From an uncultured virus (IMG/VR IMGVR_UViG_3300046171_000218) (taxonomy: Duplodnaviria; Heunggongvirae; Uroviricota; Caudoviricetes): a DNA stretch of 64,000 nucleotides. Positions 17,799 to 28,212 of this stretch are shown piece after piece; within the stretch, counting starts at the first letter, position 1; the number at the start of each line of letters is the position of its first letter. Made by a program: the position numbers and the translations under genes. The stretch lies in IMG/VR virus record IMGVR_UViG_3300046171_000218; one strand, 5' to 3'. The notes below the pieces were generated by a model that ran no database searches, was not told the DNA's origin, and saw nothing but the letters and a program-made list of their open reading frames with translations.

Positions 17799-18851
17799 AG
17801 TGCATTACCTCTTGGCAATACTTCTTCTGGGAACACAAAATTCTCATGTGGTTGATCGACTGGTGCCAACCATGCGCGGAGTCCTTCATTTAGAAGAATG
17901 TTCTTAGTGTAGAACGTTTCAAACTCTGGATCTTCTGATGCCCTTATTTCTTGTGAAACAAAGTCATAAGCGCGAAGGTTGAGAGCAAGGCCAATAATAC
18001 CGATGGAACTTGTCCACAAAGCCCATAACAGGAACAAACAGCATAAAGAAATGCAACCACCTCTTATTACTAAACGCAATACCGAAGATCTGACTCCAGA
18101 AGCGGTTTGCTGTAACCATTGAATAAGTTTCTTCTTCTTGAGTGCTGTCAAATGCTTTGAATGTATTTGCCTGATCACCATCTTCATACAGAGTGTTCTC
18201 AACTGTTACACCATGGATAGCACTCAATAGTGCTCCACCAAGTATACCAGCGACTCCCATCATATGGAAGGGATTGAGCGTCCAATTATGAAAGCCCTGG
18301 AGGAAGAGAAGGAAGCGGAAAATCGCCGCGACACCGAAACTCGGCGCAAAGAACCAACTAGACTGTCCGAGTGGATAGATGAGGAAAACAGAGACAAAAA
18401 CAGCAATAGGCCCAGAGAACGCAATAGCATTGTACGGACGGATTCCTATGAGACGAGCAAGTTCAAACTGTCTAAGCATGAAACCAATGAGGGCAAATGC
18501 ACCGTGGAGAGCAACAAAGGCCCAAAGCCCTCCAAGTTGGCACCACCGGACAAAGTCTCCTTGAGCCTCAGGGCCCCAAAGTAGAAGAAGAGAATGGCCC
18601 ATAGCATCAGCAGGCGTTGACACAGCCGCTGTAAGGAAATTAGCACCCTCAAGATAACTACTTGCGAGTCCGTGAGTGTACCAAGACGTGACAAACGTAG
18701 TACCAGTAAGCCAGCCACCAATTGCGAGATAAGCAGTGGGAAAAAGAAGTAATCCACTCCAACCCACAAAGACAAAACGATCGCGTTTAATCCAGTCATC
18801 CAGGACATCGAACCACCCCCTTGTTGGTTGTTGTAGTGTTGATGTTACCAT
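17795..18851 (-). CDS. psbD: Photosystem II D2 protein, one frameshift near 18018
   Basis: [22 protein letters not shown] ... FMLFVPVMG / LWTSSIG ... [12 protein letters not shown]. Confidence 0.97.
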
Positions 18852-18923
18852 TTTTATTTACCTTTTGTAACTTTACAATAGTATCACAACCAGTAGTGGT
18901 ATCACTAGAGTTGAAATACCTAT

Positions 18924-18953
18924 AAAAAACCCCCCCACGAATGTGAGGGGGTT
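18924..18953 (-). terminator. Rho-independent terminator after psbA
   Basis: AACCCCCTCAC...GTGGGGGGGTTTTTT hairpin plus U-tract. Confidence 0.7.
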
Positions 18954-18973
18954 AAAACTATCAGGTTGCATTA

Positions 18974-20050
18974 TCAACCGATGGTAGGTGCAGTCAGAGC
19001 AACAGGAGTTGACTCAGCAGCAGCAAGATCGAGGGGGAAGTTGTGAGCATTGCGCTCATGCATCACTTCCATACCAAGTCCAGCGCGGTTGAGAACGTCT
19101 GCCCAGGTATTCAGAACTCGTCCCTGTCCATCAATAATGGACTGGTTGAAGTTGAAACCATTCAGGTTAAATGCCATCGTGGACACACCCAGAGCGGTGA
19201 ACCAGATACCAACAACAGGCCATGCTGCGAGGAAGAAGTGCAGTGAACGGGAGTTGTTGAATGATGCATATTGGAAGATCAAACGTCCAAAGTAACCGTG
19301 AGCGGCGACGATGTTATATGTTTCTTCCTCTTGTCCGAACTTGTAACCATAGTTCTGAGACTCAGTTTCAGTGGTTTCACGTACAAGACTGGAAGTAACC
19401 AGACTTCCGTGCATAGCAGAGAAAAGAGATCCACCGAATACCCCAGCAACACCGAGCATGTGGAACGGGTGCATAAGGATATTGTGTTCTGCTTGGAATA
19501 CAAGCATATAGTTAAAAGTACCAGAGATACCAAGAGGCATAGCATCGGAGAAACTACCTTGTCCGAAAGGATAAACGAGGAAGACTGCAGAAGCAGCAGC
19601 GACAGGTGCGCTGTAGGCAACGCAGATCCAGGGGCGCATACCCAAACGGTAAGAGAGTTCCCACTCACGTCCCATGTAAGCATAGATGCCGATCAGGAAG
19701 TGGAACACTACGAGTTGGAAAGGGCCACCATTATACAGCCACTCGTCGAGAGAGGCGGCTTCCCAGATGGGATAGAAGTGGAGTCCAATTGCGTTGGAAG
19801 AAGGAACAACAGCACCAGAAATGATGTTGTTACCGTAGAGAAGTGAACCAGCAACAGGTTCACGAATACCATCGATGTCCACAGGGGGAGCAGCGACGAA
19901 TGCTACGACGAAACAGATGGTTGCTGCCAACAGAGTTGGAATCATCAGTACGCCGAACCAACCGACATACAGACGGTTGTTTGTTGATGTTACCCACTCG
20001 CAGAAATTTTCCCAAGTGGATGTTTGTTGTCTTGAAAGAGTTGAAGCCAT
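18974..20050 (-). CDS. psbA: Photosystem II D1 protein, no intron
   Basis: Canonical D1 sequence ([10 protein letters not shown] ... [14 protein letters not shown]). Confidence 0.99.
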   Translation of the reverse strand: MASTLSRQQTSTWENFCEWVTSTNNRLYVGWFGVLMIPTLLAATICFVVAFVAAPPVDIDGIREPVAGSLLYGNNIISGAVVPSSNAIGLHFYPIWEAASLDEWLYNGGPFQLVVFHFLIGIYAYMGREWELSYRLGMRPWICVAYSAPVAAASAVFLVYPFGQGSFSDAMPLGISGTFNYMLVFQAEHNILMHPFHMLGVAGVFGGSLFSAMHGSLVTSSLVRETTETESQNYGYKFGQEEETYNIVAAHGYFGRLIFQYASFNNSRSLHFFLAAWPVVGIWFTALGVSTMAFNLNGFNFNQSIIDGQGRVLNTWADVLNRAGLGMEVMHERNAHNFPLDLAAAESTPVALTAPTIG

Positions 20051-20067
20051 TTTGAAAAAGGGTTAGT

Positions 20068-20170
20068 TATGAGTGCGGGGAACACTAGGTAAAATATTCC
20101 AACTCTACCCTCCAGAGTTGGTATTAGAGGCGTTTTTATACTCCCTAGAGGCCTCGGTTTGCAGAGAGTG
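20068..20170 (-). ncRNA. Structured psbA 5' leader (PhotoRC-II-like motif)
   Basis: ACCGAGGCCTCTAGGGAG...CGCCTC...CCAACTCTGGAGGGTAGAGTTGG hairpins directly upstream of phage psbA. Confidence 0.65.
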
Positions 20171-20177
20171 GTACAAC

Positions 20178-20243
20178 TTTACAGAAGTTTACATTCTGCG
20201 TCGTTGATGTATTTATACTATACCAGATCTAGGGTGCTGTCAA
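20178..20243 (-). promoter_or_regulatory. psbA promoter: TTGACA-17-TAGTAT, overlapping late TATAAATA, plus HLR1-like direct repeat
   Basis: -35 at 20243-20238, -10 at 20220-20215, TATAAATA at 20217-20210, TTTACAGA-AG-TTTACATT at 20178-20195 (+ strand). Confidence 0.65.
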
Positions 20244-20356
20244 CACTTGACGCCACTTGTAAAACTGGTTAGACTTGGTTTGTTGTTCTTCAAGATACAT
20301 TAATACCTTTTAGATAATATTGATATCTAAATAAATATACACTTCGTCTTATAGAT

Positions 20357-20854
20357 ATGAAAAAAGCATTATTAGCTTTTGGAATGTTATTGTTGACAGC
20401 AAGTTCAGTAAATGCAGGAGGACTTGTTTCAAAGCACGCATCTAGTGTTCAGTTGACAGTTGATGCAGCGAGAGCAACTTCTTCTAGAATTGGATCTTCA
20501 TACAGTATTTCTGGATCAAATATAGATACAACTGACGGTTCAACTGCTAATACAGTTTCTGCTGGTACTATTACTACCGGAGTATACAATCCTGGCACTA
20601 TTGCTGCTACTCAAGATACTCCTGGGGCAGCGTTTAGTTTTAGTCAGTCTTATACACAAGCTGATGCAGTTCCAACTGGTGCGGTTACTTTAGGATCAGC
20701 ACCTAACTTCTCTAGCGTTACTTCTTATGCTGCTGGTGTTAACACTGATTTAGCAGGTACTGTAACTTCTGCTGGTGTCCTTACGGTGACTGCTGGTGGG
20801 GCTGGTTCTACTGCTATCGGCCAATTCGTCAGCGAGATCACTGTTATCGATTGA
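20357..20854 (+). CDS. Signal-peptide-bearing Ser/Thr/Gly-rich hypothetical protein
   Basis: MKKALLAFGMLLLTASSVNA; late-promoter-like CTAAATA upstream. Confidence 0.75.
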   Translation: MKKALLAFGMLLLTASSVNAGGLVSKHASSVQLTVDAARATSSRIGSSYSISGSNIDTTDGSTANTVSAGTITTGVYNPGTIAATQDTPGAAFSFSQSYTQADAVPTGAVTLGSAPNFSSVTSYAAGVNTDLAGTVTSAGVLTVTAGGAGSTAIGQFVSEITVID

Positions 20855-21336
20855 GGTTAAATATTATGACTAGATTACAAGAGGCAATCAGTTTAGGGTT
20901 GGTTCTTGGAATCATTCATGGTTTGATTCAACCAGCACACTCCGTACCAGTCGTTCCAAATTTCACTCAGGGCTCAATGACGAGTCATACTGAGACTACA
21001 TCGAAAGTGACTGAAACTATTAATTCAATTGATTATAATACAGGATGGCAATACTCAGTAACTGGAAGCAACGTGTCCAACAACGGACAATCTTTACTAC
21101 CATCAACGACAAACAACAATATAATAGTGAATCCTCTGGGTGGAGCGGAAGGACAGATAACAAGTCCATCTGCTGGACTAGATTTTACCAATTCAAATTT
21201 CACGATAACAAATCCCGGAGAAGCATTCCAGTTTACCCAAACCTACGACGGGCCTGGGGTTTCAAACCAAACAGTGATTCAAAGAGTTACCGAAGTAACA
21301 AGCGTAACAGACACAACAAGTATCTTTACCCAATAG
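20851..21336 (+). CDS. Signal-peptide-bearing hypothetical protein
   Basis: AHSVPVVPNFTQGSMTS...GEAFQFTQTY.GPG; start at 20851 or 20866. Confidence 0.75.
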   Translation: MRLNIMTRLQEAISLGLVLGIIHGLIQPAHSVPVVPNFTQGSMTSHTETTSKVTETINSIDYNTGWQYSVTGSNVSNNGQSLLPSTTNNNIIVNPLGGAEGQITSPSAGLDFTNSNFTITNPGEAFQFTQTYDGPGVSNQTVIQRVTEVTSVTDTTSIFTQ

Positions 21337-22367
21337 TATTATGTCTAACCAATCTTGCGATTGCCCCTGCCACACTGGCGGCAGATGTCGGGGGTGTAAG
21401 TGCAACAGCAAATCCGATAGCTAATTCATCAGGCTCGGTTACTAACCAAGCTATTCAGGTTTTACAAGGCCCATATATTACCAACACTTATGGGGGTGGA
21501 ATCAGTTGCCAAGGGCCAACTGCAAACTTCACTCCTTACATTACTCACGCAAGAAACGATAAAGATCCTTTTGAAAGATATTACTTAGAACCTCAGTATG
21601 ATGCTAGAGATTTCAAGGGAAGAAAGGTAGAAGTTCAAAAGAATGTGAAGAACTGGCCCTGGGAAGACTGGTATAATACTCAAACATATGTTAATGAAGA
21701 AGGTGAAGAAGTAAGGGCATATGAAGATGGGCAGGATATGACTATTACTACCATGGAAGTGCAGGGCGATGGTATTCCTGATAAGCCTGGCCGGGTTTTA
21801 TGGAATAAACCAGTAAGAACTGGTATGGCAAGAAACTTCAGTACTAGTATTGGTTTATCAGCAACTCTTTCTTTACCTCTTGATGGTGGATTACAAGAGC
21901 GTTGTAAGCAAGCAGCAGAAACACAAATCGCATTACAATCTCAATTACTCGCTAATAAAAGACTTGATTTTGAATTAGCCCGACTCAAAAATTGTGGAGA
22001 GTTAATGAAAGCTGGAATTCGTTTTCACCCACGAAGTCAATATGGTAAAATCTGTGCAGATGTCTTAGTACAAAATGTGAATGTAATCGCACCACATAGA
22101 CATTCTATTCCTCGTCCTACTTCTTCTTCGGCATTACAGAACGAAGCATCTTCAGCGCGTGGTTCCTCTGTCTCTGCTCAGCCCGCCGTTCCCCGGCAGA
22201 TGATACCCGGATCTTCTTACCCCGTAAGGCAGCAACCTTCGTCAGCACCTTCTTCACAGTCGGTTTCACCACTTTTAACAAAAGATCAGCAAGAGGTTTT
22301 GCGAGCAGTGCCGAAGTCGTGGCAACCACTGCAATCGACGCCGTTGCCGTCACAGCACCGGCACTAG
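21045..22367 (+). CDS. Hypothetical exported protein, start uncertain (see findings)
   Basis: SATANPIANSSGSVTNQAIQVLQG...CQGPT...RLDFELARLKNCG..CADV. Confidence 0.7.
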   Translation: MAILSNWKQRVQQRTIFTTINDKQQYNSESSGWSGRTDNKSICWTRFYQFKFHDNKSRRSIPVYPNLRRAWGFKPNSDSKSYRSNKRNRHNKYLYPIVLCLTNLAIAPATLAADVGGVSATANPIANSSGSVTNQAIQVLQGPYITNTYGGGISCQGPTANFTPYITHARNDKDPFERYYLEPQYDARDFKGRKVEVQKNVKNWPWEDWYNTQTYVNEEGEEVRAYEDGQDMTITTMEVQGDGIPDKPGRVLWNKPVRTGMARNFSTSIGLSATLSLPLDGGLQERCKQAAETQIALQSQLLANKRLDFELARLKNCGELMKAGIRFHPRSQYGKICADVLVQNVNVIAPHRHSIPRPTSSSALQNEASSARGSSVSAQPAVPRQMIPGSSYPVRQQPSSAPSSQSVSPLLTKDQQEVLRAVPKSWQPLQSTPLPSQHRH

Positions 22368-22914
22368 GAATATTCTCTAATACTTGAGTGGGTATATCAA
22401 TATCTCTCTTCACAGTAATGCAAACCCAGTTGTTCCCTTGCATTACTAATCGATGCTCGACTACTACCTGATCACCAATAACTTTACCAATAGGTTCTGT
22501 CAATGCCTGAATGTCTGATGGACAATCAGGTTTTTTTGTCTTTGGAATGTTAGGTGTCTTTGCTTCGGGAACTACAGGTGGTTTAGGTTCTGGTGCTTTG
22601 TATGGTGGTGGTTTGGGTGCCTCTTGTTTTATTTCAATTCTTGATGCGTCATAATCTACAGGATAAAAATTTGGTGCTCCAGCATCACAATAAGTTACCA
22701 ATCCATCATCATCATCTGCAGTTAGTGTTTGATTTTCACTACTATCTTTATGCGCTTCAACGCAGCCAGGCAAGTTGACAACCGGAACACCGATTTGCGT
22801 TGTAACTGGTGGATATATTGGTAATGCAGAGGGTGGATTTGTTATATAACTTGGAATAGATATATCTGGAATTTTTCTAATTCCGCTATTCACATCAGGA
22901 ATGACTGGTATCAT
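22117..22914 (-). CDS. Pro-rich conserved cyanophage membrane-associated protein
   Basis: IGVPVVNLPGCVEAH...CDAG.P...ASIAVVATTSALLAKPLADLLLKVVKP. Confidence 0.75.
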   Translation of the reverse strand: MIPVIPDVNSGIRKIPDISIPSYITNPPSALPIYPPVTTQIGVPVVNLPGCVEAHKDSSENQTLTADDDDGLVTYCDAGAPNFYPVDYDASRIEIKQEAPKPPPYKAPEPKPPVVPEAKTPNIPKTKKPDCPSDIQALTEPIGKVIGDQVVVEHRLVMQGNNWVCITVKRDIDIPTQVLENIPSAGAVTATASIAVVATTSALLAKPLADLLLKVVKPTVKKVLTKVAALRGKKIRVSSAGERRAEQRQRNHALKMLRSVMPKKK

Positions 22915-23435
22915 CAGAAGTAAACTAAATTTAATGCAAGTCTTCTATGAACATCAGTGCAAGTAGTACCTGAATGTTTATAGTGTGCAGGAAAGATAAC
23001 ACATCTATTAGCAACTGATTCTACTTTTGTTCCATCTTCAAAACAAGTAAATCCATTATTAGTGTTCAAATATAATATAGCAGTTTTCATTCCATCTAAT
23101 CCAGTAGAATGCTCTTCGGGATACAACATATCGGTATGAAAACCATGAATTACTATCTCTTCTTCTCTACAGATAGAATTAACCTTACATCTCACAAGAG
23201 CCCTTGCATCTAACTTTGTAAGAAAGGGTATCATATTGTCAAAAAATCTACTGACAGGTTCTTGTTTAACGTAAATAGAATGAACATATTGATAATTGTA
23301 TTTTTGATCACAAATGAGTTGATAGTCAGGTAATATTTCACTAAAAGTCCATGGAACACCCGGATCAAAAATTACTTCCAATCGTTCAAAAATTTCTTCA
23401 CTTAAAAAATTATCAATTACTTCAATTTCGTTCAT
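22914..23435 (-). CDS. 2OG-Fe(II) oxygenase-like protein
   Basis: GFHTD, TAILYLNTNNGFT, VESVANR, KHSGTTCTD..R. Confidence 0.8.
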   Translation of the reverse strand: MNEIEVIDNFLSEEIFERLEVIFDPGVPWTFSEILPDYQLICDQKYNYQYVHSIYVKQEPVSRFFDNMIPFLTKLDARALVRCKVNSICREEEIVIHGFHTDMLYPEEHSTGLDGMKTAILYLNTNNGFTCFEDGTKVESVANRCVIFPAHYKHSGTTCTDVHRRLALNLVYF

Positions 23436-23437
23436 AA

Positions 23438-23914
23438 TTAAACCAACGTTCCTTGTGCTCTACGAATTTCTCTTAATTCTTCAAAGTTTTTTTGTTTTGT
23501 TCCACCATCATATGCCCAAGCATAACCCTCTTCAATCATCTGTTCATTCAGCGATGTTTCTCCATCTCCAATATATAACCAACCAAGAAGCCTACCATAC
23601 TTACCCATACCACCAACCAATTCAGTTCTAATGATGAGATCTTCGTCTCCAGAAATAGCACCATCTAGTTTCTCCTTCATCCAGTTGGTAGCATCTATCC
23701 CCAGTTCCTTTTCGTCAAGATCCCTGGTTCTCTTCTCCGGTGTGTCCACTCCTGCTATCCTCACTCTCTCCTTCTTGTAAAGATCGAATCCCAGATCGAT
23801 CGTCACATCTATCGTGTCCCCGTCCACTACTCTATTGATCTCGATCACTCGGAAGTTGTAGCAACTCTTCCGACTTGGAGGTGTCATCGCTCCCATAAGA
23901 TTCACTTTCATCAA
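23438..23914 (-). CDS. Thermonuclease (SNase-like) family endonuclease
   Basis: RVVDGDTIDV..DLGF, RIAGVDTPE, GKYGRLLG. Confidence 0.88.
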   Translation of the reverse strand: MMKVNLMGAMTPPSRKSCYNFRVIEINRVVDGDTIDVTIDLGFDLYKKERVRIAGVDTPEKRTRDLDEKELGIDATNWMKEKLDGAISGDEDLIIRTELVGGMGKYGRLLGWLYIGDGETSLNEQMIEEGYAWAYDGGTKQKNFEELREIRRAQGTLV

Positions 23915-24928
23915 TTCTTAGTATATAGACGATTATATAAAAAACACCTATTAAAAGTATGATAATTGAAATAATCACACTCCAGACAGGATCATTGGGA
24001 TTTTCAAGTGGACGTAATACTAAATTCATGGGTTTCTTCTATCAATTCCCATACTATCAAGATATTCTAACCACCAATCTTGATCCTTTATGTATCTCCA
24101 ATTAGGAACATTAAGTCCCCTCTCAACAGTATAATATTGATATAATGCTTCATCAATGATTGCAGAAATTTCAACGCTCTTCTGCCTCTCTGTCAATATC
24201 TTCATACGGGTTTTCCAAATATGGGCCGTGTTCTCTTCTGGATTCTGATTCGACATACTTTTCCTCGGTGTAAATTCCTGTCAACCACACAGATAATTTA
24301 ATCATAATAAAAATTATTGCTAATGGCAAGAAACATGCGAGTAATACTATGTTCATTTGTGTTTCTTTGTAAATGGTTCCCAATGTTCCCATCCGTACTT
24401 ATGCACTGCCCACATTCCAATGATAGGAACAAACACAAGGCACCATGATAAGATGCCAACAGTGTATGAGTTATTTAACACCCAAGCGGCAAAGCGTCCT
24501 GCAGAATGTATCATCCTTTCACCTCATTTTGAAAGTACTCTGGTAAAGGACATCCCTTAAAATCGTTTATCTCATCAACTGCTAAGACAAACATAGTACA
24601 AAATCCGATACAGAAGGCAAATAACATCTGGGGAAAGTTATAGTTTCCCATGTATGCTGTAGGATCAGGTTCATCATCGTGAGGATGAATCATCCTTGCG
24701 ATTTCTTCTGATCGCTTCTTCGATTTGTCTTCTAACTCTGTCCCTTGCTTCGGGATCTTCGGTTTCTTTTCTGGAGTATCCATATTTTTGATGGTAAATG
24801 AAGTGTCCTTGACAAATCATAGTGAGTCCAAACAAAAATGCAAGGACTACACCTATCCATTCTAAGATTTCAGTATTAAAATCATTCACGTTTCCTTTTC
24901 CTAACCGGCCATGTAAGTTCCATGGCAA
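23832..24928 (-). CDS. Run of short hypothetical/membrane ORFs (23832-24029, 24026-24256, 24171-24392, 24511-24783, 24674-24928)
   Basis: Tightly overlapping small ORFs, several with TM segments; individual starts uncertain. Confidence 0.5.
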
Positions 24929-24970
24929 CTATAAGTAAGATTGAGAATAAGATTACTACTATTGCTGCGC

Positions 24971-26308
24971 TCATTCTGGATAGTCCCAATTGGTAATTGA
25001 ATCTGTCTCATTACGAGGGCCCCATGATCCCACTTCATGTATATACGGAGTGGTTCTAATTGGACAGGAGTCGCCAGTACAAAGGAGATCATCAACAATC
25101 CTCCATGATTCTATCACTTCTTCGGAATGAACAAAGTGTGATTGATCACCTTCAATAGCATCATATAGAAGTTTTTCATAACCATCAACTCCTAACCAAT
25201 CAGGATAGCGGTGAGTAAGAGTAGCTAACTCTACACTCTCTCCTAATCCTGGAGATTTTACATCAATTTGAATATCTAGGTGAGCATGAGGTTGTAAACG
25301 CATAACAATTCTACCAGGAGTCTCCCCTTCAAATAAACCTAAAGGTGGTGCTTTAAGTTTTACAATAACCTCCACACATTGATAAGGCATTTTTTTGCCT
25401 GTCATAAAACGAAAAGGAACTCCCTTCCAACGCCAGTTATCGACGAATAAAGTACCAGAAACGTAGGTAGGAGTGTGACTGTCAGGATCAACGCCCTCTT
25501 CATCACGATAAGTGTCATATTGTCCAAGGATCATGTCCTCCCCTAGATGAGTAGCAGATAAAACTTTGACTTTTTCTCTTCTAATTTCTTTTGCGTCCAT
25601 TCTACAAGGCGCTTCCATTGCAACTAGTGCAATAATTTGAAGCATATGATTCTGCAGCATATCTCTTACAACACCTGCACCATCATAATATTGAGATCTT
25701 CCTTCACAACCAATAGTTTCAGTCGCAAAAATCTGAATTTCTTCTATGTACTCCCTGTTCCAAAGTGGTTCAAGAAGAACATTACCAAAACGGGTGGCAA
25801 GGATATTATTAACAGTATCTTTACCGAGATAATGATCAATGCGATAGACTTGTTTTTCGCGTAGATGTCGCTCCACCACTGACTGTAAATGATTAGCAGA
25901 TTTAAGATCGTACCCAAAGGGTTTTTCAATAACAACACGGGATGTCTCCGGATCATCTAAAAGTCCTCCTTGCTTGAGGTTGATGATTGCCCACTCATAT
26001 CTTTCGGGTGGGACAGATAAGAAATAAGTTGTGTCATCAGTTTGGGGAAGTTTATTTAAACTTTCCTGACTGGATAAGTCGCAAGAAACATAATCCAATT
26101 GATGTAGAAATTCATCTGGATATTCTCCAAGAGATTTTTTCCAAGCATCAACTCCAACATCTCTTCTAGCAGCACCAGTAATTAAAAATCCCTTTGGAAG
26201 AAGATCTTTCTCCCAAAGTTTATGAAGTGCTGGAATAAGTTTTCTTTTGCACAGATCTCCAGTAGCACCAAAGATTACTATACCTCTAGTGAGCGGTTCC
26301 GTTTCCAT
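24971..26308 (-). CDS. zwf: Glucose-6-phosphate 1-dehydrogenase
   Basis: IFGATGDL, EKPFG, YRIDHYLGK, RDMLQNH, NWRWKGVPF. Confidence 0.97.
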   Translation of the reverse strand: METEPLTRGIVIFGATGDLCKRKLIPALHKLWEKDLLPKGFLITGAARRDVGVDAWKKSLGEYPDEFLHQLDYVSCDLSSQESLNKLPQTDDTTYFLSVPPERYEWAIINLKQGGLLDDPETSRVVIEKPFGYDLKSANHLQSVVERHLREKQVYRIDHYLGKDTVNNILATRFGNVLLEPLWNREYIEEIQIFATETIGCEGRSQYYDGAGVVRDMLQNHMLQIIALVAMEAPCRMDAKEIRREKVKVLSATHLGEDMILGQYDTYRDEEGVDPDSHTPTYVSGTLFVDNWRWKGVPFRFMTGKKMPYQCVEVIVKLKAPPLGLFEGETPGRIVMRLQPHAHLDIQIDVKSPGLGESVELATLTHRYPDWLGVDGYEKLLYDAIEGDQSHFVHSEEVIESWRIVDDLLCTGDSCPIRTTPYIHEVGSWGPRNETDSITNWDYPE

Positions 26309-26403
26309 TGTACTTGTCTGTCTCATAATAGTTATTTTCACCTTTTCTCATTCCAAAATATACAGTAGTCAATACAAAAGGTATTGAAATCGCCATTAGA
26401 AAA

Positions 26404-27423
26404 TTACCTAACATGATGCCCTCCAAACATATATCGCATACCATTAAGAACTTTATTTGCAAATGCTCCTAACTTTCTTGATCCGAATCGTTCAAATAGT
26501 GCGGTAGATATAACAGGTGCGGGAACACCAAGATCCACAGCAGCGTGGACAGTCCAACGCCCTTCACCACTATCGCTAACTCCCCCACCGAACTTGCTAA
26601 GCTCTCGATCGCTGCGTAGAACATCAGCGGTAAGATCAAGCAACCAACTGCCAACCACGCTGCCACGACGCCATAACTCAGCCACTTCAGCACAGTCAAT
26701 ATCATAGCAATAATCTGCCGGATTTTCCATCGGAGCCACCTCAGCATCTCCTTCCTTAACATATTTTGCCCCAGCATTAGCTTCATGCAGGATATTAAAT
26801 CCTTCTGCGTATGCTTGCATGATTCCATACTCGACTCCATTATGAACCATTTTTACAAAGTGTCCTGCACCTGGAGGGCCGCAATGCAACCAACCATACT
26901 CAGCACTCGTTGCTCTACTCATAGGATCAGTTCTGGGAGATGATGCGATGCCTGGTGCAAGTGCCCTAAAGATAGGAGCGCAGACGGATACTGCGCTATC
27001 TGTACCACCAACCATAAGACAGTATCCACGCTCCAAACCGTAAACACCACCACTAGTGCCACAGTCAATATATTGGATGCCCAACTTAGAAAGACGCTCT
27101 GCCCTCCTCCTACTATCCTTAAAATTACTATTGCCGTGATCAATAATAATATCTCCCTCACTACAAAACTGTAGTAACTCATTTAAGGTGTCCTCTACTG
27201 TTTCTGCTGGTACAACCATCATGAAAATTCCAGGAGCTTTGCTCTTTACAGCACTACAAAGTGATTGAATATCAACAGTTACACCATCAATACCACCATT
27301 TTCCAAAAGTTCTTGCGCCTTTTCATAATTTCTACGGTATCCCCACACTTCTATACCATCTTTCATCATGCGGCGAGACATACCTTCGCCCATTCTTCCT
27401 AGTCCAATAATTCCTACTTTCAT
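26404..27423 (-). CDS. gnd: 6-phosphogluconate dehydrogenase (short type)
   Basis: GLGRMG, IDHGNS, DCGTSGG, GAGHFVKMVHNGVEYG, DSGEGRW. Confidence 0.97.
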   Translation of the reverse strand: MKVGIIGLGRMGEGMSRRMMKDGIEVWGYRRNYEKAQELLENGGIDGVTVDIQSLCSAVKSKAPGIFMMVVPAETVEDTLNELLQFCSEGDIIIDHGNSNFKDSRRRAERLSKLGIQYIDCGTSGGVYGLERGYCLMVGGTDSAVSVCAPIFRALAPGIASSPRTDPMSRATSAEYGWLHCGPPGAGHFVKMVHNGVEYGIMQAYAEGFNILHEANAGAKYVKEGDAEVAPMENPADYCYDIDCAEVAELWRRGSVVGSWLLDLTADVLRSDRELSKFGGGVSDSGEGRWTVHAAVDLGVPAPVISTALFERFGSRKLGAFANKVLNGMRYMFGGHHVR

Positions 27424-28021
27424 TTTTGTTCTTCTGTTGATACTAATGTTACTGAACTCAAATCACTTAAATCTGGTGGAAATGGTTCACGATCTTTTTC
27501 CCTTACAGTTAGACGATCAGGATCAATCATTCTAATTGCTTCCGCTAGTTCTTGAAAGTGTTGAATTTCATCATTCATAATTTCGCAGATTTTTTATCAT
27601 CTGGAAAGCGAGTTAGATATTCAGCATACGTTTCAGCAGCGTGCATCTCTATCTCATAGGAGAGGTGGTAAGCAGAGCGAGGAGCCAACCAATAATAAAC
27701 CACGTTGATCCAATAGTAGATAAGGACAAGGTGTCTGGCGACAAAGCGATCCACCCAATAAGTACTACCGCCCCTGCTCTCCATATATTCAAGATGTTCT
27801 GTTTCGTTAAGAGTTTGAGCAAAATGTTCCTCCATTAGATATATGTGCCACTGTCCACGTAATCCTAGTGATTCTCTTAAATGAAGAACACTTAAGAAAG
27901 CAAAGTATGGTGCCCGAGCAATCTCCTCAAGCACCCAAAAACGTGGAAAATCTCTTCCTTTATAAAGAAAATCAATAATTGCTACAGTGAAATTTAAAAC
28001 CCATGTGTTAATAGTTTTCAT
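27420..28021 (-). CDS. ptoX: Plastoquinol terminal oxidase, frameshift in an A-run near 27592
   Basis: RFWVLEEIARAPYF, NETEHL, EMHAAETY; shifted frame continues ICEIMNDEIQHFQEL to TGA overlapping the gnd ATG. Confidence 0.9.
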
Positions 28022-28026
28022 AGTAG

Positions 28027-28212
28027 TTAAACATAAATTTTAGGTTCCCCATCCTCATCATCGTCATAATCATAAATCATACGACAATCAGACAAATCAT
28101 CCCACTCTGGTTCATAGAGTGGACATGGTTCCTCAAATAAATGACTCATTCTTAATTGATGAATCCTTTCTCTGAGAGATTTGTAAAACTCTCGTTTTTC
28201 GTCTTTGTTCAT
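28027..28212 (-). CDS. Hypothetical protein
   Basis: LRERIHQLRMSHLFEEPCPLYE. Confidence 0.6.
   Translation of the reverse strand: MNKDEKREFYKSLRERIHQLRMSHLFEEPCPLYEPEWDDLSDCRMIYDYDDDEDGEPKIYV

Noticed and set aside
17795..18851. psbD as a pseudogene or programmed frameshift
   Set aside because: One extra base in a short T-run with conserved sequence on both sides, the same pattern as other genes in the window.
18852..18973. Homing endonuclease or intron associated with psbA-psbD
   Set aside because: The spacer is only about 120 nt with a terminator, and psbA is uninterrupted.
18264..20066. Long antisense/alternate-frame ORFs over psbA and psbD (e.g. 19271-19846)
   Set aside because: Shadow ORFs of codon-biased conserved genes with no recognisable motifs; an antisense RNA cannot be supported from sequence alone.
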